A stretch of 64,000 bases of DNA from Leptospiraceae bacterium (GTDB taxonomy: Bacteria; Spirochaetota; Leptospiria; Leptospirales; Leptonemataceae). Shown here piece by piece: positions 32,940-41,893 of this stretch. Under the pieces are notes generated by a model. It was not told the origin of the DNA, searched no databases, and worked only from the letters and a program-made list of their open reading frames with translations. The stretch spans positions 554,940-618,939 of the forward strand of contig JAVJNR010000008.1 of assembly GCA_040217195.1 (NCBI GenBank), given 5' to 3'. The translations under genes were made by a program, and so were the position numbers. Position 1 is the stretch's first letter. Every line of letters begins with the position of its first letter.

Positions 32940-34067
32940 TCAATTCCATTCGATAGTCTTAAGAAATTCTGGAAATGGCATCGGAGTCATCTCCTCTGCT
33001 GTGGCGCGATCTTTTCTAATATATGCTTTACTATTATGCTGCTTCTCGGCTCTGGAAATCATATCAGAATCCGGTTTCGCTCCGGGTATCATTATTTCGT
33101 GCACCTCCCGAATGAATTCAATGGCCTGGTCGGAGTACCAGAGAAGGCCACTGCTTTGCTGATTCAAAAAGGTCGGATGCTGGAAAATATCCTTCCATTC
33201 TAAATCGAAGTATTCATGGAATATCTCTTCTCTAACCTTAAGCATGCCCGGTTCGCATTCCTGCGTACGCTCAATGTTTTTTTGAGTCTGCGCCCTGGAG
33301 TTCACGCCGCCCATACCACACCATCGCTCATCATGAGGAGCAAAGCTGCAAAATGAATCCACCCAGTCCTGCACCATGTCCAGCATTCGATCCCATCGGT
33401 CTTCAATGGCCTTCCAGAGTATCTGCCGTGGTTCGTATTCCCATTCAATTCTCTGCCTGGTAATTTCCCATTGTACAGGATCCGGATAACCGTAGGCGGA
33501 TTTCTTCACCAGATCCTGGTATGCGGACCATTGCTTTGCGTACATTTCCTGATCCAGAGGGCGAAAAGAGATTTTTGCGCAATAAATATCGTACTGGATG
33601 GTGGGACCTGCCCGGGGACTATCCAGCCCCAGAAAAATACCCTTCTCTTCGCATTCTTTTAGAAACAGTGGATAGCTCAGACCGGATTTTCCTTTATCCA
33701 CTACTTCCTGCAGAACCGGTACAGCATGGGCAGCCCCTGGCTCACTTTTGAGCGTGTTCAGTGCATCCTCGTAGGATTTCAGGGTATTGGCCATTAGCTC
33801 TGTATCGCTACTATCGCCATCTACCGACGTATTTGCTGCCAGGGCACGACCATAGGCAGTTGAGAAGTCGGTAAACAATCCATCTACGCTGAGTTTTGTG
33901 GAATAAGCTGCCAGGTCATCCATTTCCCGGGCCAGTTGCTCCATCTTTTCCAACACTGCATAACATTCCCGGGCGTCCTCAGTATCGTTACCTGCATCTT
34001 TTAGCTGCTGGGCCATGCCTCGATAGGTACCCAGCATGGAGTCTGCCATTGTCGGATCCAGGGGCAT
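32940..34067 (-). CDS. uncharacterised helical protein (375 aa)
   Basis: Long ORF with natural composition; TAATG coupling to the upstream gene. Confidence 0.8.
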   Translation of the reverse strand: MPLDPTMADSMLGTYRGMAQQLKDAGNDTEDARECYAVLEKMEQLAREMDDLAAYSTKLSVDGLFTDFSTAYGRALAANTSVDGDSSDTELMANTLKSYEDALNTLKSEPGAAHAVPVLQEVVDKGKSGLSYPLFLKECEEKGIFLGLDSPRAGPTIQYDIYCAKISFRPLDQEMYAKQWSAYQDLVKKSAYGYPDPVQWEITRQRIEWEYEPRQILWKAIEDRWDRMLDMVQDWVDSFCSFAPHDERWCGMGGVNSRAQTQKNIERTQECEPGMLKVREEIFHEYFDLEWKDIFQHPTFLNQQSSGLLWYSDQAIEFIREVHEIMIPGAKPDSDMISRAEKQHNSKAYIRKDRATAEEMTPMPFPEFLKTIEWN

Positions 34068-34735
34068 TAGTTGATCCCCCGGTACTCTTGGTGCTCTTTA
34101 AGGCGTCGCTCCACCACTGAATCCGGAACGGGTATCTTTCTTCTATGCCTTTCCTCGCGAATCAAAGAGTAATCGAATTTCCAGCCGGGATCCCATTGTC
34201 TGGCATTGGGAATTACCTGTTCCTGCCAGTCTTGCTTTCCTTTGGCGATGGTATCCTTGATGTAATCTTCTTTTTCACTCTTCCAGCGAGAGGGCACTTC
34301 TGCACGACGGGCCACCTCCAGAGTTTCCAGCACTGGAAAATCGCTAAAGAAATAGTCTGCGAATCCGTCCACGCTAATCGCAATACTGTTTTTTTGCTGT
34401 AGCTTTGGAATCTCGGTGGTAATCTCCGCTTCGGTTTCAAAAGAATCCACAACGTCCAGAATCTCCTGACATCCCCGGGCCCGTATGGGTTCTTTGATTT
34501 CCTGATAATGTTTCAGTCGCGCTGTTTCTCTGTCCTTTGCCAGTGCAATGGCATTTTTGATGTTAAGCTTCTCTCCAAAGAATTTTTTCTGATACTCTTC
34601 TTTTGTCTTTGCATCTCGCATCAATTCGTAGAGTGCTTTCTCTGTTTCATATGAATTCTTATACATGGGATTGCCCTCATATCGCTTCATTCGGGCATAA
34701 TAGTATTCTGCATATTCCTTCTGGCGCTGATCCAT
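34067..34735 (-). CDS. uncharacterised charged helical protein (222 aa)
   Basis: Long ORF; its stop overlaps the next start codon. Confidence 0.78.
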   Translation of the reverse strand: MDQRQKEYAEYYYARMKRYEGNPMYKNSYETEKALYELMRDAKTKEEYQKKFFGEKLNIKNAIALAKDRETARLKHYQEIKEPIRARGCQEILDVVDSFETEAEITTEIPKLQQKNSIAISVDGFADYFFSDFPVLETLEVARRAEVPSRWKSEKEDYIKDTIAKGKQDWQEQVIPNARQWDPGWKFDYSLIREERHRRKIPVPDSVVERRLKEHQEYRGIN

Positions 34736-35023
34736 GAAACGATTCTAGCGCCTGCGATGAAATAGGTCCAGCGAAATTGAGATTTATGAATTCAGGATTG
34801 CAGAAGATACAATGATAACGTTGTATAAAACGGACATTTCGTCCCGGACGGACACTCTCAGATACAAAGAAAACTCGAAGTGAGGACCTGGTATCTACTG
34901 TTTCTTCCCGGTTTCAGGGCCGGTGTATTGATTGATGGGTTGAGGATTCCAGGGTTAATTTCAGAATTCGATAAAGGAGTCCAGGGTCGATTCACAGATC
35001 GAACGAAGACCAGGGGAATGTAT

Positions 35024-35605
35024 TTACTCTAGAATGATTTCGCTCCAGTCTTCGTGAACTGTCTCCATGTTAGATTCGATAAACTGACTTACCCGATGCC
35101 GGTCCAGGAAAGGAGGCTTCTCCTTCCAGTTATCCAGCTCGTCCAGTTTTTCAATCTGTATGCGATAGACTCCAAGGGTCAGAGGATTAAAAAGGTCTTC
35201 TATGTCCCGGAATGTGAGCTTAACCTGAATATCTGCTACCTGGTCATACTTATCTGCAACGAACATGCATTCCATGAATCCGGCAATGTCCCGGCGACTG
35301 GACCTTATGGCTTCCTCCACAGAACGGGCCTCCGCGCCCAGAGAAACATTTAGATCTGTGTTAATTCTCCATCCCTTACCATTCCAGAAAATCTGAGACT
35401 TTCCGTAGTTCAGGAAATACCCGGGACTGCAAAGATTTGCCAGTTCTGAATAGAATTTCACTCCTTTGTCTTCCGTTGCAGTTGCGTACTCCTGAGCTTT
35501 TTCCAGAGTCGGGTTGCAGGAAACCAGGAGAGTCAGAGAGATAAGAAGGAAGGATGCTGTAATCAGGCGCATAGGACTATGGAACATCGTTTTCCCATTT
35601 GTCAA
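35024..35605 (-). CDS. hypothetical lipoprotein
   Basis: Hydrophobic leader ending LLVSC. Confidence 0.65.
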   Translation of the reverse strand: MTNGKTMFHSPMRLITASFLLISLTLLVSCNPTLEKAQEYATATEDKGVKFYSELANLCSPGYFLNYGKSQIFWNGKGWRINTDLNVSLGAEARSVEEAIRSSRRDIAGFMECMFVADKYDQVADIQVKLTFRDIEDLFNPLTLGVYRIQIEKLDELDNWKEKPPFLDRHRVSQFIESNMETVHEDWSEIILE

Positions 35606-35683
35606 TCCGGAAGCTCAGAGATGGGCATCTTTTCTATGGTGGCGTTGGACTTGACACCGACCTCGCCGTGAACACTTTGCAGC

Positions 35684-36460
35684 ATGGCCGGAATAGGAAA
35701 AGAAATCAAGAATCAGATACTGGAAATCACATTCCAGATGAATGAAAAGAATACAGTCGATGCTACGTTTGGAAAGGACTTTGCCTCTATCCTGACCGAT
35801 GCAGAAAAGGACCCTTCCGTTCGAGGAATGATCATTCGCGGAAGCAACGGATTCTTTTCCAATGGTTTTGAGCCAGACAGCTTCGTCGGAACATCGAAAA
35901 AAGAGATTGAGGCAGTGATTGGACCGGCTTTTCACATCTGTGGACAGGTACTGAACTTACCCTTTCCGGTGGCCATGGTGCTCAACGGACATGCAATGGG
36001 TTATGGTGCCATTCTAAGTCTGTATGCAGATTTTCGTTACATGCAGAGCAAACAGGCCCGCTTCGGATTCCCGGAGATTAACATTGGACTTCCCATCCCT
36101 TCCGCTCCCGCATTGATGCTACAGGATATGACAGGGCGAACTATGACCAGGGATATGATCCTGGGAAAGGCACTTAAAGCTGATCAGGCTCTGCAGGCTG
36201 GAATCATAGATGGAGTCTTTGACGATGAAGAATCCATGATGGACCGGGCCAGAAAGGATATCTCAGCTCTATTCAAGTTCGCACGATCGACAGTTCGAAT
36301 GAACCGGGAAATGATGTATGCCCGATACAAAGAAATCATTCCTCCTGCCATAGAGCATGATATTGAGCTCGCATCCCATGCAATCATGGCCCCCGCCGGT
36401 CAGGAAGGCCTGGGAGCACTGAAAGAGGGGCGGCGCCCAGATTTCACAGCTGTAGAATAG
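35684..36460 (+). CDS. enoyl-CoA hydratase/isomerase family protein
   Basis: FFSNG, LNGHAMGYG, ADFR, FGFPEINIGL, C-terminal EGRRPDF. Confidence 0.9.
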   Translation: MAGIGKEIKNQILEITFQMNEKNTVDATFGKDFASILTDAEKDPSVRGMIIRGSNGFFSNGFEPDSFVGTSKKEIEAVIGPAFHICGQVLNLPFPVAMVLNGHAMGYGAILSLYADFRYMQSKQARFGFPEINIGLPIPSAPALMLQDMTGRTMTRDMILGKALKADQALQAGIIDGVFDDEESMMDRARKDISALFKFARSTVRMNREMMYARYKEIIPPAIEHDIELASHAIMAPAGQEGLGALKEGRRPDFTAVE

Positions 36461-36610
36461 AGAAATGGTTTCCAGGGCAGTGAGCTGACGCTTCCCGATT
36501 AAATCCAATGGAACTGTTTCGCACCAGTTGCCCTGGCTATTGCTGTGGCCCGGGCCTACTTTTTCAGATTTCTGCAAACCCGCGACCAGGGAATTCTCAA
36601 AGAATCTCGG

Positions 36611-39600
36611 TCATTCCACCTCAATGGCTATGACAGCAATGTCATCATCAATCTCACCTGGCCCACCGGAGTAATCGATTAGCCGGTCCATTAGTTGCGT
36701 TAACCAGGCATGGATTTCAATCTCTGTTGATTCTGCAAAGCTGCGGACCAGTTCCTCCATTCCAAAAAGTACCCCCTCTGGAGAGGAAGCCTCAAATGCA
36801 CCGTCCGTATAGATAAAAACCCGGTCCCCGGATTCCAGCGAAACAGGTTGGCTCAATTCATAGGCACCATCCGTAAGCAGTCCCATGGGCCGTCCGAACG
36901 GTCTGTATTGCGCAATTTCTTTAGTAGATTTCTTCCAGTGCAACAAAGGTGGATGCCCTGCATTGGCCAGGTACAGAACCTTCTTCTCCAGATCGATTTG
37001 CAATGCACAGGCAGTTACAAATTCATGCCCAACGTTGCCATAAAGCATTTCGTTCAAGCCGGCCAGCAATTCATGCGGTAGAATGGATTCCTTGCCCTGG
37101 AATACGTATGCCATCTTGAGCACAGAGACAATCAGTGCTGCAGGTACTCCATGGCCGGATACATCAGCGATGATCAAGGATAAACTCCTTTCATCTTGTT
37201 GAAAATCATAGAAATCACCTCCAACATTTACCATAGATCGATAGAGGTGCGCTATTTTAATCCCCTGCGGAGATGGCAGAGTTTCCGGAATAAGAGATTG
37301 CTGGATCATCCGTGCCATGGAGAGTTCATTCTGGATGACTGCCATGTCTGCCTGAGTTCTGGCCGCCTCTTTCAATGCCAGAATATTCTGGACTCGCGCA
37401 CGAAGCTCCTCCGGCTCAAAAGGCTTGGCCAGATAATCGTTTGCCCCGCTGGCCAGACCTTCTACTACATCCTGGGTTCTACTTCGCGCAGTCAGAAGGA
37501 CAATGGGAAGGTCAGTGTAAGAATGGGACTGGCGAAGAATTCTGCAAACCTCATAACCGGTCAATCCAGGCATCATTACGTCCAGTAGAACCAGATCCAC
37601 CGGACCAAATTCCTGCAGGGCCGTGAGCGCTTCCGTGCCGCTGGATGCCTCCAGAATTACATGATTTTCTGCAGATAAGAAATTGCGTAATACCTGCAAA
37701 TTCACAGGGTCATCGTCCACGACCAGAGTGCGAATTACACCGTTCCCACTTTGTTCCCGGACGCCATCATCCTCTATAACCTCGATTTCAGCCCGTGGCT
37801 GGTCCAGCGACCCTGTATCAATTGAATATACCTCTTTGGAATCGATTCCAGTGCTCCCGGAAGGAATCTGTAGAGGATGAACGGGCAAATCACTTTGCTC
37901 CACGGATGCCTGATTTTCTTTGCTAAATACCGGCAATGTGAAGCTGAATTCAGAACCGCGTCCCTGAGAAGAATTTACATCTATTTCACCACCATGAAGC
38001 AACACAAGGTGACGAGTGATGGAAAGCCCCAATCCGGTACCGCTGTATTTTCGACTTATGGATCCGTCCGCCTGGGTGAATGATTCAAAAATTGCATCCT
38101 GACGATTTTCAGGTATTCCGATGCCGGTATCTCGAACACTGATTCGAACAAATTCGCCTTCTTCCAATGCCTCCACCTCAATCCGGCCCCGGTTCGTAAA
38201 CTTGATTGCATTTCCGAGAAGATTAATCAGTATCTGGCTCAATCTTTCTGGATCGGCCAGGACGGCGGACACCTCTGATCGCCTGTGTATCAAATCTACT
38301 GGCTTATCTCGCAATAGGGGTCGCACCAGAGACAGAGCAACGTCCACAGCATCAGGCACTTCAACTTTCCTGAGCTGCAACACCAGGTCTCCATGGTTGG
38401 CCCTGGAAAAATCCAGAATATCATTTACAAGGGTTGTGAGTCTCCGGCCACTGGCAGCCACAAGTCGCAAATTCTCTCTGGTCTGTTCGGAGATTTTGCC
38501 TGTGGCCCCCTGAAGCACAGATTCAGTAATTCCAATAATACCGTGCAAAGGAGTTCTCAGTTCATGGGATGTATTGGCAAGAAAATCATCCTTCAATTCG
38601 TCCAGCCTTTGTAAATCCCTGTTTTTTTCGCTCAATTCATGCGAAAGCTCCTCTACCCTGTTGAATGACCGGGCATATCGAAACGAAAGTAGCGCGGATT
38701 GCAGAAAAACGAATGCCAGCAGACTTGCCTCACCAAACTGAATCGTATTGATAGTTCCTCGGGCAGAGAGTACATCGTTCAGTACACCCAGAAATAATGG
38801 AATCCCTCCCATTAGAACGGCCAGACTGTTATCTCTATTCTGGTATACGGCTCTGCCGAGCATAAAGAGTCCGAAGGCTCCAGATAAAAGCATCTGTGCT
38901 TGATAATACCCCACTGACTGACTGAGGGTCAGTGAATCTAAAAAGAATGGAGTCAGAAGTAGAATCAGACCTGACACTCCAGAGATTATCAAACCTGGGC
39001 GGAAAATTGGATCTGGAAACAGACTCCATAAAAACATCAAAAAGAAAAATACGGATAATGGAAGACTGCAGTATTCAAGAGAGAGATAGAAATGCCATCC
39101 AGGAAGTGCGAATTGATGAAAAAGAAACTCCTGACCTGTGGTCAGTGGACGAATTGCAATTGATAAACAATGCAACCCAAAGAATGCCGGTGCATGAGTC
39201 CTCCTTCGCACAGCGAACATAAAGATATGATACAACCCAACGATGGAAAAAGCTCCGGCAAGGAATAAATCCCAGGATAGATCCAGACGTTCCCTTTCCA
39301 GAAGAAATTGTGCAGGACCCAGGCGAATTGGTTTACGGATGCCCCCTTCCCGGTAATGAAAGTTGGATACCGGAATAGTCAAATCCAGACTTTTTGTTTG
39401 CGACGGAAGGAATACCAGCCCTGAACGAGGACCGGCAATAGAACTGGCAGCCGTGCCTGGTTTCCCGCTCCGAATCAGCAGATGTCCGTCTGCATAAACG
39501 GCCCAGGCGGTGTAGATCCCTTCTATTCGAAGGGCCAACAAATCGGATGTTTCAGGCAAAAGAATTCGAAGATGATATGTACCAACCTTCTCTGGACCGG

Positions 39601-39886
39601 CTTTTCCCGGATAATCATTCCAGGGGCCCGGTATAGAAACAATTTCAGGCCTGATAGCTTCAGGCGGAGAGGATACAAGTATTCCCTCGTAATAAGCCCA
39701 TTCTCCAGCCAGAGAAATGCTCCTGGAATCCAAGGCACTCTGTTGCAAATCCAGAACTCCATGCACTGCCACAACGTCCGATACTGTGGGCTCCCGACAT
39801 CCCGTAGCCAGAAATGGAATAAGAAGCATCAAGGTCCGCAGCCGGGGAAGCATTCCTGATAATCGGCTTCCGGGCATTTCAGGCAA
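36611..39886 (-). CDS. hybrid sensor: 7TM-DISM + HisKA/HATPase + REC + SpoIIE/PP2C phosphatase
   Basis: SHELRTPL, NAIKFT, DTGIG, GTGLGL; LLDVMMP; VGGDFYD, IADVSGHG, YTDG, DDDIA. Start is uncertain. Confidence 0.92.
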   Translation of the reverse strand: MPEMPGSRLSGMLPRLRTLMLLIPFLATGCREPTVSDVVAVHGVLDLQQSALDSRSISLAGEWAYYEGILVSSPPEAIRPEIVSIPGPWNDYPGKAGPEKVGTYHLRILLPETSDLLALRIEGIYTAWAVYADGHLLIRSGKPGTAASSIAGPRSGLVFLPSQTKSLDLTIPVSNFHYREGGIRKPIRLGPAQFLLERERLDLSWDLFLAGAFSIVGLYHIFMFAVRRRTHAPAFFGLHCLSIAIRPLTTGQEFLFHQFALPGWHFYLSLEYCSLPLSVFFFLMFLWSLFPDPIFRPGLIISGVSGLILLLTPFFLDSLTLSQSVGYYQAQMLLSGAFGLFMLGRAVYQNRDNSLAVLMGGIPLFLGVLNDVLSARGTINTIQFGEASLLAFVFLQSALLSFRYARSFNRVEELSHELSEKNRDLQRLDELKDDFLANTSHELRTPLHGIIGITESVLQGATGKISEQTRENLRLVAASGRRLTTLVNDILDFSRANHGDLVLQLRKVEVPDAVDVALSLVRPLLRDKPVDLIHRRSEVSAVLADPERLSQILINLLGNAIKFTNRGRIEVEALEEGEFVRISVRDTGIGIPENRQDAIFESFTQADGSISRKYSGTGLGLSITRHLVLLHGGEIDVNSSQGRGSEFSFTLPVFSKENQASVEQSDLPVHPLQIPSGSTGIDSKEVYSIDTGSLDQPRAEIEVIEDDGVREQSGNGVIRTLVVDDDPVNLQVLRNFLSAENHVILEASSGTEALTALQEFGPVDLVLLDVMMPGLTGYEVCRILRQSHSYTDLPIVLLTARSRTQDVVEGLASGANDYLAKPFEPEELRARVQNILALKEAARTQADMAVIQNELSMARMIQQSLIPETLPSPQGIKIAHLYRSMVNVGGDFYDFQQDERSLSLIIADVSGHGVPAALIVSVLKMAYVFQGKESILPHELLAGLNEMLYGNVGHEFVTACALQIDLEKKVLYLANAGHPPLLHWKKSTKEIAQYRPFGRPMGLLTDGAYELSQPVSLESGDRVFIYTDGAFEASSPEGVLFGMEELVRSFAESTEIEIHAWLTQLMDRLIDYSGGPGEIDDDIAVIAIEVE

Positions 39887-39961
39887 GCCAAACGCGAATA
39901 AATGAGCGCTGAAAGAAGAAAGACCATAGACCTTGACCGTAATGCAGGGCTTCAGAGATTA

Positions 39962-40900
39962 ATGATCCTGGTGCTTCGAAAATTACACATAGTGCTGATT
40001 TCATTGCTTTTCCTGAGCGGGAATGAACTTCGCTCCTGGCCATTAATTCAAAAAGAGTCCGAACAGAATCAAATACTTCGATTCCGATTCCAGGACGGAA
40101 ACACATCCGTACAGATCTATGCTCTACTCTATGCCCCGGCCTTCGGTTTATCTGGCGGAGCGGGTATGGTAGTTTCAATCGTTCACGATGGGGAGCATAC
40201 CACCGGCGGCTATCATTACATCTGGAATGACGTGGAGCTCACAGAGGAGCTGTTTTCAATGGGCCCCCACTCTGTGCAGATGAATCGGAATAGATTTTTT
40301 GTTCGATTCCAGTCGAGAGATGTGGCGCTGAGTCTCCGCGCAGACAGAATGGAAACAGTCCCGGAAAAAGGATTCTCAATTGACCGTAAGGGTAATTCTT
40401 TGCTCAGCATTGAAGGAAGAAAATTTGCGCCGGACTCTGCGATCGATATGACGCTTTACGGAAAAAGAATCCGGCTTCGTGGAAATGCTATGATAGATCA
40501 CTGGAAGCTATCCAGGGATTTGCCAGATGATGTTGGCAGTATTCGCATTACAACATCCCTGAATGAAAAACCAATCTTACTTGCTCAGTCTAGTTTTCCG
40601 AAGGGCACAGATACCTATGTCCAGTACGGGCAAACCAAAAACACAGTTCTATTCCAGAACCGAGCCACAGACGCAGAACCTCTGGATTGGCCCTATGAGT
40701 CAAAGTGCAGACTGAGGCTTCATATGGGTCCGGCCGTACATATTCTGGATCAGCAAACAATTCCCTCGACCAGTCGTCTTTTGGGATTCTATCTGGGAAA
40801 AAGGCCCCGCATTGTATCCTACCGAAGTGTCCTATGGGATAAGTGCGGAGACTCGTCCATTCGGGTTCCGGCCGAAACAACGATTGTCACACTAGAGTAA
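39962..40900 (+). CDS. hypothetical exported beta-rich protein
   Basis: Signal-like leader and long ORF (open from 39902). Confidence 0.6.
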   Translation: MILVLRKLHIVLISLLFLSGNELRSWPLIQKESEQNQILRFRFQDGNTSVQIYALLYAPAFGLSGGAGMVVSIVHDGEHTTGGYHYIWNDVELTEELFSMGPHSVQMNRNRFFVRFQSRDVALSLRADRMETVPEKGFSIDRKGNSLLSIEGRKFAPDSAIDMTLYGKRIRLRGNAMIDHWKLSRDLPDDVGSIRITTSLNEKPILLAQSSFPKGTDTYVQYGQTKNTVLFQNRATDAEPLDWPYESKCRLRLHMGPAVHILDQQTIPSTSRLLGFYLGKRPRIVSYRSVLWDKCGDSSIRVPAETTIVTLE

Positions 40901-40938
40901 CCTCGGACTGGGCCGGACGATTGAAAAACTAGTTCGAA

Positions 40939-41385
40939 TCAGCTTTCCGCTTTACTTCTTTTTCCGGTGGCCTTGCTTTGAGTGGGGGCATTTTTGATGA
41001 CGAATCGCTTGCCCTCCAGAAGCTGAAGCAAATCAAATGAACTGATCACCCCGGCCAGTTTCTTATCATCAATGACTACAAGATGGTGAATCTTATGCTT
41101 TCGCATCATTCGTGCGGCCAACTCTACATCCCCATACCGGGGTATGGTGTAGATCTTTTCTGTCATAAACTGTCCCACAGGCTTATTGTCGGATACCTTC
41201 TTGATGAGATCCGCAGAGGAAACCACTCCCAGAACCTCTCTTTCCGGACCAACTACCGGGACTATGTTTATCTTATTCTTTTCGAGCAGTTCACGAACGT
41301 GTCCTGCTGTCTGATGGGGCGTTACCGTGATTACACGGGACTTCATTATTTCGTCTATCTTCAGGCTCATGTTTGGACCAGACAT
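40939..41385 (-). CDS. CBS-pair domain protein
   Basis: Two CBS repeats (VPVV...GVVSSADL; LVVID...GVISSFDL). Confidence 0.9.
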   Translation of the reverse strand: MSGPNMSLKIDEIMKSRVITVTPHQTAGHVRELLEKNKINIVPVVGPEREVLGVVSSADLIKKVSDNKPVGQFMTEKIYTIPRYGDVELAARMMRKHKIHHLVVIDDKKLAGVISSFDLLQLLEGKRFVIKNAPTQSKATGKRSKAES

Positions 41386-41893
41386 GGATTGAGCATATCC
41401 AGGTCAAGCGCGAATGCCATCAGAAAGCAATGAGCTTATCGCATCCCAATAACGATACGGAAAACCCGGAACGAATTTTGAAGCAAGAGTTTTGCCGGGA
41501 CCCGGACAAAAGCAAACCGGGATTTGAAAGCCGGGGAAATAGAAACATATCCACAATTCGCGCAAATGAAATCTGACTGTGCGTTCACTTACCTTTCCGG
41601 GAAGATGCTCTTTCGAGATATCCGCTGCAATTTGCCTGTTAAGGAAACCAATGGTGGTCAGGGCGCCATACCATCTAGCTCCCTTCTCTCTTAAACCGCC
41701 CCCCCTGGATGCAATGACGAATCTCTGGTACGCTAGATCTAAAACTTTGAAAAACAGTATCATTGGCCCGAGATTCCCCTGTAGCCGTCTCCAATGCTTT
41801 TTTGCAGGACGCATCCATTAATCAGGGACGGATTCCAGAAACGACTGCCGGTTTTACCTTCTTTTACGCGGACAGGCCTCCGGTGATTCAGAT

